Both the position numbers and the translations under genes were made by a program. The notes below the pieces were generated by a model. The model was given only the letters and a program-made list of their open reading frames with translations. It had not been told where the DNA came from and did no database searches. From an uncultured Clostridium sp. (GTDB lineage: Bacteria > Bacillota > Clostridia > TANB77 > CAG-508), in NCBI GenBank assembly GCA_946496115.1, contig CAMMFK010000002.1, positions 1 through 41,441 on the forward strand: a stretch of DNA of 41,441 nucleotides, given 5' to 3'. Positions within the stretch are counted from its first letter, which is position 1, and every line of letters begins with the position of its first letter. Shown one piece after another: positions 1 through 7,031 of this stretch.

Positions 1-91
1 TGTTACAAATTAATTAATTAATAATAAATTAATTTTAATTACATAAGAATTAATTAATTTATATAAAATTAATTCGAGAAAGGATAAAAAA

Positions 92-1132
92 ATGAAATTT
101 GTACATATAGCTGATATTCATTTAGATACACCATTTAAAACAATAAGTGATAGAGCAGATATAGGAATAGAGAGAAGACTAGAGCAAAGAAATGCTTTAA
201 AAAAAGTTATAGATTATATTAAAGCAAATAATGTAGAATATTTATTTATTAGTGGAGACTTATATGATCAAGAGTATATTAGAGAAAGTAGTATAAGTTT
301 TTTAAACGATTTATTTAAGGAAATACCAAATACAAAAATCTTTATCACTCCAGGAAATCATGATCCTTATATAAAAAATTCGTTTTATGCCACATATTCT
401 TGGAATAATAATGTAAAAATATTCACAAATGCTGTAGAAAAAGTGGAAAACGATAATGTAAATATTTATGGATTTGGATTTAATAATTTTGAAATGAATA
501 ATAATCAAATAAAAGATATTATTTTAGATGAGCCAGAAAAAATAAATATATTAATTACACATGGTGACTTAGGAGAATCAAAATATAATCCTATGAACTT
601 AAATGAAATAAAATCTATGGGCTTTGACTATGTAGCACTAGGCCATATTCATAAGAGAGATGATAAAACGAACATTACTTATCCAGGCTCTTTAATTTCT
701 TTAGGGTTTGATGAATTAGGTGAGCACGGAATGATTGTTGGAGAAATTGTTGACAAAAAATTAAATAAAGAATTTATAAAAATAGATGAAAGAGAATTTG
801 TAGAATTTGAATTAGATGTTAGTAATATTATTTCTGAAGAAGAATTGATAGAAAAAATAAATAATATTAATGAAGAAAATAAATTATATAAAATAATATT
901 AATAGGCTATAGAAATTTTCCAATAAATATTGATATTAAATTAATTAATAAAAATATTATCAAAATAAAAGATAATACAAAATTAAAAATTGATTTTAAA
1001 GAAAATAATAATACATTAAAAGGACTATTTATTAAAAAATTAAATGAGAGAAAAAATAGTAATTTAATTGATGAGAAAACTTATGAGGATATTTTAGAAA
1101 TTGCTGAGCAGGCTCTTGGAAAAAATAAATAA
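92..1132 (+). CDS. SbcD/YhaO-like metallophosphoesterase DNA-repair exonuclease
   Basis: N-terminus MKFVHIADIHLDTPF, plus GNHDP and GHIH calcineurin-like phosphoesterase motifs. RBS aaagga lies 7 nt upstream of the ATG. It is followed by an SMC-like ATPase gene, as in the B. subtilis yhaO-yhaN (sbcF-sbcE) or sbcDC pairs. Confidence 0.8.
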   Translation: MKFVHIADIHLDTPFKTISDRADIGIERRLEQRNALKKVIDYIKANNVEYLFISGDLYDQEYIRESSISFLNDLFKEIPNTKIFITPGNHDPYIKNSFYATYSWNNNVKIFTNAVEKVENDNVNIYGFGFNNFEMNNNQIKDIILDEPEKINILITHGDLGESKYNPMNLNEIKSMGFDYVALGHIHKRDDKTNITYPGSLISLGFDELGEHGMIVGEIVDKKLNKEFIKIDEREFVEFELDVSNIISEEELIEKINNINEENKLYKIILIGYRNFPINIDIKLINKNIIKIKDNTKLKIDFKENNNTLKGLFIKKLNERKNSNLIDEKTYEDILEIAEQALGKNK

Positions 1133-1292
1133 ATAATTAAACAAAAATATTTTATTTGAAATAAATATTTAATTAAAAAATTAAATAAAAGAATAAATTA
1201 ATTAAATAAAACAATTAAATAAAATAATAAAAAAATAAATTAATTAAAAAAATAAAAATTAATTAAGTAAAATAAAAATAATTAAAAATTAA
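1133..1292. repeat. Almost pure A/T intercistronic spacer with reiterated AATTAATT / AAATAAATTAATTAAA units
   Basis: By my count there are only five G/C bases between the sbcD-like stop and the RBS of the next gene. AATTAATT occurs at least 3 times here and 4 times in 1-78 upstream of the first gene. Confidence 0.6.
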
Positions 1293-1307
1293 AAGGAGAA
1301 AATTATT

Positions 1308-3242
1308 TTGAAAATAGAAAATATAAAAATTAATTCATATGGAAATTTAAAAAATAGAGAAATTAATTTAAAAAAATTGAATATTATTTATGGAAAAAAC
1401 GAAAGTGGAAAATCTACATTATTAAATTTTATAAAAAATACTTTTTATGGAATTTCGAAAAATAAAAATGGAAAAAATATTTCTGATTATGATAAATATT
1501 TGCCATGGGGAGAAAAAGATTTTTCAGGTAAAATACAATATTCACTGGATAATAATTCCAAATATGAAATATACAGAGATTTTAATAAGAAAAATCCAAC
1601 AGTATATAATGACCAATTTGTGGATATTTCTGATGAGTTTAAAATTGACAAAAAGACAGGAAATCAATTTTTTTTAGAGCAGACAAATGTAGATGAGAAC
1701 ACATTTATGTCAACATCTTTGTCAGCGCAAAAGGAAGTAGTAGTAAATAGCACCGAACAAGGCATTTTACTACAAAAGGTTGCAAACCTTGCGGAAAGCG
1801 GTTCGGAAGATGTATCATATAAGAAGGCAATGAACAACATGAACTCTATGTTACTTAATGAGGTGGGAACATCAAATAGTAAGGAAAGGCCTATTAATAT
1901 AGCAGAGAGTAATATTAAAAAATATAGGCTTGACCTAATGACAATAAGTAATGCTAAAGATATTAGGTATGAGATTGAGAAAAATATTAACGATATTAAT
2001 GGAGATTTAAAGGAAGAAATTGAAAAAGAAAAATTATTAAATAGTATAAATAATATAATTTATGTAAATAAAAACGAGAATGAAAAGTTAAAATTTAAGA
2101 ATAATATTTTGGAAGAAAATAATAATAAAATTAAAAAATTGGATAATGAAAAAGATATTTTATTAAATAAAATTAAAAACATTGAAAATAATTTTGATAA
2201 TAATTTAGAAAATAAAAAAATAAATAATAAAAATAAAACAATTAATTTTATTATTTTATTATTTTTATTAATAATTAATATTTTAAATTTTATTTTTATA
2301 AAAAATATTTTCATTAATATTATATTATTTTTATTAATTCCTATTTATATAATTTATTTTTTTAGTAAATTAAATAAAAATAAAAAAATTAAAATTGAAG
2401 AAGAAAATAAATTAAATAAAATTAATTTAGAAAAAGAAGAAATAAAAAAACAAATGAATATTTTAGACGGACAAATTGAATTATTAGAAAAAAATACTGA
2501 AGAAATAAAAAATGAAATTAAAAAAGTAGAAAATGAAGTAAAGAATAAATTGATTGAAGAAAAAAACAATATTATTGAAAACAATAAAAATTATTTTTCT
2601 GAATATTATATTAATGATTTATTTAATTCAAACATTGATTTATTAATTAGTACAAACCAAAGAAAAATAAACGAATTAAATTTACAATTACATAAATTAG
2701 AAATAGATAGAGATAATATTGATCCAAAACTTGAAAAATTGATACATACAGAAGAACTACTAGAAATAGAGCAAGAAAATCTAAAAAAATTGCAAAATAG
2801 AGCAGAAGAAATTAATTTAGCTAAAGTTATTTTGGATGAAGCTTACACTGAAATGAAAAAAAATATTACTCCTAAATTTAATCAAAGCTTATCTAAAAAT
2901 ATAGAAAAAATATCTGATGGAAAATATAAAAATATTATAATTAATGATCAAATAATAGTAGAATTAGACGATGGTAGATATGTTCCTGCAGAAAGTTTAA
3001 GCATAGGTACAATTGAACAAATTTATTTATCTCTTAGACTTGCAATTATGAATGAAATTAGCAAAGAAAAATTACCAGTTATGTTGGATGAAGCTTTTGC
3101 ATATTATGATGACCAAAGATTGGAGGCTGCTCTAGACTTTTTAAGCAAAATTGATAATCAAGTAATTTTATTTACTTGTACAAATAGAGAAAAAGAAATT
3201 CTTAATAAGAATAATATTGATTTTAATTTTATAACTCTGTAA
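1308..3242 (+). CDS. YhaN/SbcC-like SMC-type AAA ATPase with a central membrane hairpin
   Basis: TTG start with RBS aaggag 9 nt upstream. Walker A is GKNESGKST. The middle is long, Lys/Glu/Asn-rich and coiled-coil-like. The C-terminus has the signature-like LSIGTIEQIYLSLRLAI and Walker B VMLDEAF. Two hydrophobic helices (INFIILLFLLIINILNFIF / IFINIILFLLIPIYIIYFF) lie at nt 2241-2364. Confidence 0.75.
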   Translation: MKIENIKINSYGNLKNREINLKKLNIIYGKNESGKSTLLNFIKNTFYGISKNKNGKNISDYDKYLPWGEKDFSGKIQYSLDNNSKYEIYRDFNKKNPTVYNDQFVDISDEFKIDKKTGNQFFLEQTNVDENTFMSTSLSAQKEVVVNSTEQGILLQKVANLAESGSEDVSYKKAMNNMNSMLLNEVGTSNSKERPINIAESNIKKYRLDLMTISNAKDIRYEIEKNINDINGDLKEEIEKEKLLNSINNIIYVNKNENEKLKFKNNILEENNNKIKKLDNEKDILLNKIKNIENNFDNNLENKKINNKNKTINFIILLFLLIINILNFIFIKNIFINIILFLLIPIYIIYFFSKLNKNKKIKIEEENKLNKINLEKEEIKKQMNILDGQIELLEKNTEEIKNEIKKVENEVKNKLIEEKNNIIENNKNYFSEYYINDLFNSNIDLLISTNQRKINELNLQLHKLEIDRDNIDPKLEKLIHTEELLEIEQENLKKLQNRAEEINLAKVILDEAYTEMKKNITPKFNQSLSKNIEKISDGKYKNIIINDQIIVELDDGRYVPAESLSIGTIEQIYLSLRLAIMNEISKEKLPVMLDEAFAYYDDQRLEAALDFLSKIDNQVILFTCTNREKEILNKNNIDFNFITL

Positions 3243-3274
3243 TAACTATGTACTTCTAAATCTTAATAAAAAAT

Positions 3275-3314
3275 ATACCCTAAATTATTAGAAAAAATAA
3301 TTAGGGTATTTTTG
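3275..3314. terminator. Bidirectional rho-independent terminator between convergent genes
   Basis: The arm ataccctaaattatt pairs with aataattagggtat (one bulge). It has an A-run on the left and ttttgtg on the right, and sits between the sbcC-like stop and the CDF stop. Confidence 0.7.
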
Positions 3315-3324
3315 TGTAATTATT

Positions 3325-4203
3325 TTATATATTGTCTTTTTCCATTTCCATAGGATTAACATGTATAATTGCCAAATATATAAAAGGCAAATTATTTAAT
3401 TCTTTTTCTAATTTATCAGCAATGCTATGACTTTCAAATGTTGTTAAAGTTCCATCAACAAAAATTGTTATTGAAACTAAATATCTATATCCCACAGGTG
3501 TAGTATTTAAGTGATTATATTTTTTTATTTCTGGATATTTATTAATTACTTCAATTATTTTATTTTTATCTTCATTATTTAAAGATTTATCCATTAAAAC
3601 ATTATAGCTTTCAATAAATATTTGCAAACCTGAATAAAAAATCCAAATAGAAATACCTATACCAACCACACTGTCAAACCAATATATATTAATTAAACTT
3701 AATAAAATGGAAATTAGTGTAAAAGTTGTTATTATGCAGTCATTTCTATGATCTTTTTTATTTGCTTCTAATAATAGATTTTCAAAGTTTTTTGACAACT
3801 TATTTGTATATAAAAATAAAGCTAATTTTACTATAATTGTTACAATACAAACTATTACTAAAAACCAAGAAAATTCGAAAGTATCTCCATTTATTAATGA
3901 CATTATAGAATCATACAATAATTTTAGTGATATTGCCATCATTGATATACTTATAAACATAGAAAATATATATTCTGCTTTTCCGTGTCCCATATTATGA
4001 GAATCATCTTTAGGTTCACTTGCAATTTTATTTCCTATAAAAGTCATTAGAGATGCAAAAATATCTGCAGCGCTATTTGCGGCGTCTGCTATCATTGCTT
4101 GACTATTGGTAATTAGTCCAATTATCCCCTTAATTACTAATAAAAATATATTTCCTACAATTCCTAAAATTCCGGCTATTTTAGTTTGCCTATATCGGTC
4201 CAT
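3325..4203 (-). CDS. Cation diffusion facilitator (CDF) family metal efflux transporter
   Basis: Multi-TM N-terminal part with MIADAANSAADIFASL and DDSHNMGHGKAEY motifs, plus a C-terminal cytoplasmic domain, typical of CzcD/ZitB-like CDF proteins. Confidence 0.85.
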   Translation of the reverse strand: MDRYRQTKIAGILGIVGNIFLLVIKGIIGLITNSQAMIADAANSAADIFASLMTFIGNKIASEPKDDSHNMGHGKAEYIFSMFISISMMAISLKLLYDSIMSLINGDTFEFSWFLVIVCIVTIIVKLALFLYTNKLSKNFENLLLEANKKDHRNDCIITTFTLISILLSLINIYWFDSVVGIGISIWIFYSGLQIFIESYNVLMDKSLNNEDKNKIIEVINKYPEIKKYNHLNTTPVGYRYLVSITIFVDGTLTTFESHSIADKLEKELNNLPFIYLAIIHVNPMEMEKDNI

Positions 4204-4349
4204 AAATAATCTCCTAATAAATGTTATTATTAAAAATAATAAATTAGAATAATATAAATAAAATTATATAATTTTTTTATAAAAAAGTCCATAAAATATA
4301 AAAATTATTATGTAACTATTCATAAAATAATTTAGTCGCCAGAAAAGGC

Positions 4350-4378
4350 TTGAAAGCAAGCTGGATTTATAGTATAAT
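4350..4378 (+). promoter_or_regulatory. Sigma-A type promoter upstream of prfA
   Basis: TTGAAA (4350-4355), 17-nt spacer, TATAAT (4373-4378), about 100 nt upstream of the prfA ATG. Confidence 0.5.
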
Positions 4379-4480
4379 AATAAAAGTGTAAAAAATTGTA
4401 ATAATGTATATAAATAGTATTAATTAATTTAATACAAAAAATATTATATATGTAGAGATTTGTTAGAAAGGAAAAATTTT

Positions 4481-5542
4481 ATGTTTGAAAACTTAGACGA
4501 AGTTGAAAAAAGATATGAGGAGCTAACAAAAAAGATAAGTGATCCAGAAGAAATTGCAAAACAAAATGAATGGCGTAAAAACATGAAAGAACATTCAGAC
4601 TTAGAGCCAATTGTTTTAAAATATAGAGAATATAAGCAAACAAAGCAAAGCTTAGAAGAAGCAAAAGAAATGCTTTCAGACCCAGAACTTAAAGATTTGG
4701 CAGAAGAGGAAATGCTAAAAAGCAAAGAATTATTACCAAAACTTGAAGAAGAGCTAAAGGTATTATTAATACCAAAAGACCCTGATGATGACAAAAACGT
4801 AATTTGCGAAATCAGAGCAGGTGCTGGTGGAGAAGAGGCTGCTTTATTTGCAGGAACTTTATTTAGAATGTATTCAATGTACGCAGATAGAAAACATTGG
4901 AAACTAGAAGTGTTAAACGAAAATGAAACTGGACTTGGTGGATACAAAGAAATATCTTTTATGATAAAAGGAACAGGTGCATATAGTAGATTAAAATATG
5001 AAAGTGGCGTACACAGAGTACAAAGAGTTCCAGAAACTGAGGCAAGTGGTAGAATTCATACTTCAACAGCTACAGTTGCAGTACTTCCAGAAGTAGAAGA
5101 TGTGGATATTGAAATAAACCCAGCAGACATTAAGATGGAAGTTTTTAGAGCTTCAGGTGCAGGCGGACAACACGTTAATAAAACATCATCTGCTGTAAGA
5201 TTAATTCATATTCCAACAGGCATGGTTGCAGAATGTCAAACTGAAAGATCACAAGTTCAAAACAGAGAATATGCAATGAAATTACTTCGCTCTAGACTAT
5301 ATGAAAAAGAAAAAGCTGAAAGAGATAGTGCACTAGAAAATGAAAGAAGAAGTCAAATAGGAAATGCAGAGAGAAGCGAAAAAATTAGAACATATAACTA
5401 TCCTCAAGGACGTATTACAGACCATAGAATTGGAATGAGTATTTACCAAATGGATAATTTCTTAAATGGTGATTTGGATGAAATGATAGATAATTTGGCG
5501 GCGGCAGATACAGCTGAAAAATTAAAAGGAAATGAAGAATAG
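4481..5542 (+). CDS. prfA: Peptide chain release factor 1
   Basis: GGQ motif ([11 protein letters not shown]) and RF1-type P-x-T tripeptide context ([14 protein letters not shown]). N-terminus [15 protein letters not shown]. The start was moved from the track TTG at 4460 to the ATG at 4481, which has aagga about 6 nt upstream. Confidence 0.95.
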   Translation: MFENLDEVEKRYEELTKKISDPEEIAKQNEWRKNMKEHSDLEPIVLKYREYKQTKQSLEEAKEMLSDPELKDLAEEEMLKSKELLPKLEEELKVLLIPKDPDDDKNVICEIRAGAGGEEAALFAGTLFRMYSMYADRKHWKLEVLNENETGLGGYKEISFMIKGTGAYSRLKYESGVHRVQRVPETEASGRIHTSTATVAVLPEVEDVDIEINPADIKMEVFRASGAGGQHVNKTSSAVRLIHIPTGMVAECQTERSQVQNREYAMKLLRSRLYEKEKAERDSALENERRSQIGNAERSEKIRTYNYPQGRITDHRIGMSIYQMDNFLNGDLDEMIDNLAAADTAEKLKGNEE

Positions 5543-5555
5543 CAAATTATAAAAA

Positions 5556-5585
5556 ATAAACACTTTAATGTGTTTGTTTTTTTTA
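5556..5585 (+). terminator. Weak rho-independent terminator after prfA
   Basis: aaacac / gtgttt stem followed by a run of T (gtttttttt). The stem is short and AU-rich. Confidence 0.4.
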
Positions 5586-5666
5586 TAAAATTTATTTGAA
5601 TATAAAAAAATCTTGTACATATAAATATAATAAAAACAATACATTAAAAAAGAAAGGAAATTTTTT

Positions 5667-6446
5667 ATGGGCATTTCAACGGTTGCAATGTTAGGTTTAT
5701 TTTTTGGAACAATTGGAACTACAATAGGTGGTTTGATAGGAATTTTCTCTAAAAGAAATTCAAATAAATTTTTAAGTTTTGTGTTAGCTTTTGCATCAGG
5801 CCTAATGCTCGCAGTTATTTGTTTTGATTTAATTCCAGAAGCAATTGGAATTTCTTCAATTTACACTACTATTTCAGGTATTATACTTGGAATAATTGTA
5901 ATGATTCTATGTGATAATTTGGTAAAAAACACTTTTAATAAAAAAGATTATACTAGTAATACAAAAGTAAAAGGAAATAATAAAATTTCTGCTAGAAATA
6001 AAGGATTATTAAAAACAGGAATAATTGTAAGTATTGGGCTAGCACTTCATAACATTCCAGAAGGTTTAGCAATTGGTTCAGGCTTTGATTCATCTACTTC
6101 TTTAGGCTTATCACTTGCAATTGCAATATGTTTGCACGATGTTCCGGAAGGAATAAGCATGGCTGTTCCTATGAAAAATGGAGGAATGAGTCCATTTAAA
6201 GTAATGCTGTATGTGATTCTATCTGGGATAGCAACAGGTTTAGGAGCACTAATTGGAGCATTAATAGGAAACATATCTGAACAAATTATTGCAGTATGTT
6301 TAAGTTTTGCTGCTGGTGCAATGCTTTACATTGTAACAGGTGAGCTTATACCAGAAGCAAATGAATTATATAAGGGGAGAATCACATCTTTGGGTAATAT
6401 GATGGGATTTATAATTGGATTATTTGCGATGCTGATTGAATTCTAA
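5667..6446 (+). CDS. zupT: ZIP family (ZupT-like) divalent metal transporter
   Basis: Multi-TM protein with the paired HNIPEGLAIG and HDVPEGISMA motifs characteristic of ZIP/ZupT. Confidence 0.85.
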   Translation: MGISTVAMLGLFFGTIGTTIGGLIGIFSKRNSNKFLSFVLAFASGLMLAVICFDLIPEAIGISSIYTTISGIILGIIVMILCDNLVKNTFNKKDYTSNTKVKGNNKISARNKGLLKTGIIVSIGLALHNIPEGLAIGSGFDSSTSLGLSLAIAICLHDVPEGISMAVPMKNGGMSPFKVMLYVILSGIATGLGALIGALIGNISEQIIAVCLSFAAGAMLYIVTGELIPEANELYKGRITSLGNMMGFIIGLFAMLIEF

Positions 6447-6474
6447 AAATTAACAAAAATAAAACGAAAAAACA

Positions 6475-6503
6475 TTGACAATAATAACGAAATATAGTAT
6501 ATT
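6475..6503 (+). promoter_or_regulatory. Sigma-A type promoter for the small-peptide transcript
   Basis: TTGACA (6475-6480), 17-nt spacer, TATATT (6498-6503). Confidence 0.6.
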
Positions 6504-6586
6504 TTGAAAATAGAGAATGAGAGAAAGCAGTGTGTGTGCTACCACTTTACATACACAGTTTTTACTGTGAGAATGGAGGTGGTGCT

Positions 6587-6697
6587 ATGTACATAATATT
6601 AATAAACTTACTTAGTCTATTTTTCTTCGGATTAATAGCTGTATCTATCATAGCAATTGCCTTAATTATAACTTTGGTTATTATTTTGAGCAAATAA
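6587..6697 (+). CDS. Unannotated 36-aa hydrophobic peptide (candidate type I toxin or small membrane protein)
   Basis: ATG at 6587 with GGAGG (6575-6579) 7 nt upstream. Translation is MYIILINLLSLFFFGLIAVSIIAIALIITLVIILSK, with TAA at 6695-6697. It is below the ORF-track length cutoff and forms one predicted TM helix. Confidence 0.55.
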   Translation: MYIILINLLSLFFFGLIAVSIIAIALIITLVIILSK

Positions 6698-6782
6698 AAA
6701 TGCACCACATTACGCTTCGCCAAGCTATGTGGTGTAACTATATCTTATAGGTAGCACACATTTCTGTGGCATCTCATTTTCT
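6692..6782 (-). ncRNA. Candidate cis-antisense sRNA (antitoxin-like), convergent with the peptide gene
   Basis: Bounded by a consensus minus-strand promoter (6789-6817) and a hairpin (caccacat 6703-6710 / atgtggtg 6727-6734). On the minus strand the hairpin is followed by catttttattt. It overlaps the last two codons and the 3' UTR of the peptide ORF. Confidence 0.5.
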
Positions 6783-6788
6783 ATTCCT

Positions 6789-6817
6789 ATTATATAATAA
6801 GTTTTTTAAAATGTCAA
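6789..6817 (-). promoter_or_regulatory. Perfect consensus sigma-A promoter on the minus strand
   Basis: Read on the minus strand: TTGACA (6817-6812), 17-nt spacer (6811-6795), TATAAT (6794-6789). No protein gene lies downstream of it. Confidence 0.65.
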
Positions 6818-6891
6818 TTTTTTCGTCAATAAAATTTTTATATTTTATAATTAACGAGACATTTTTATATTGATACAAATTTCAAAATTCC

Positions 6892-6920
6892 TTGACTATA
6901 AAAACAAAATATAGTAAAAT
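6892..6920 (+). promoter_or_regulatory. Sigma-A type promoter upstream of pcrA
   Basis: TTGACT (6892-6897), 17-nt spacer, TAAAAT (6915-6920). Confidence 0.5.
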
Positions 6921-7031
6921 CTTTAAGTACGAACAAAAGTTTTACAATAATAAGTTTGCATAAAGCAAAATCAAGAAGGTTTATAGGTTAATCCATAAAA
7001 ATCTAAATATATACAAGGAATAATATTATCA

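Noticed and set aside
1133-1292. The reiterated AT-rich units between the first two genes as a CRISPR array or minisatellite.
   Set aside because: There are no regularly spaced repeats of constant length with unique spacers. The units are irregular AAAT/AATTAA variations consistent with low-complexity slippage.
92-3242. The nuclease plus SMC-like ATPase pair as a possible novel anti-phage defence system (Lamassu/Wadjet/Gabija-like).
   Set aside because: The sequence features match the housekeeping YhaO/YhaN (SbcF/SbcE) or SbcDC type repair pair. The neighbours are core genes (CDF transporter, prfA). No additional effector or mobile-element context is visible. The left boundary is cut by the window edge, so the idea cannot be excluded, but it is not supported.
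4460-4480. ORF-track N-terminal extensions starting at non-ATG codons: prfA TTG 4460, radC TTG 10720, Asn-rich ORF TTG 17881, and G5 gene GTG 37744.
   Set aside because: In each case an in-frame ATG a few codons downstream has a properly spaced Shine-Dalgarno sequence and matches the usual family N-terminus. For the G5 gene, the extension would also begin at or before the predicted transcription start.
4444-4947. Long antisense or embedded ORFs in the track. Examples: 4444-4947(-), 11480-11875(-), 13638-13988(-), 20064-20480(-), 21030-21395(-), 30921-31352(-), 10409-10690(-), 1447-1677(+), 40691-40885(+), and the many Leu/Phe/Ser-rich 60-110 aa minus-strand ORFs inside the two giant genes.
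   Set aside because: All lie entirely within, and opposite to or out of frame with, genes that have strong family signatures. Their translations are low-complexity L/F/S/I strings typical of shadow frames in AT-rich DNA. None has a convincing RBS.
6892-6920. Similarity between the peptide-gene promoter (cattgacaataataacgaaatatagtatatt) and the pcrA promoter (ccttgactataaaaacaaaatatagtaaaat), as evidence of a duplicated cassette.
   Set aside because: The shared part is essentially the promoter consensus plus aaatatagta. The flanks do not align, so convergence on sigma-A consensus in AT-rich DNA is the simpler explanation.
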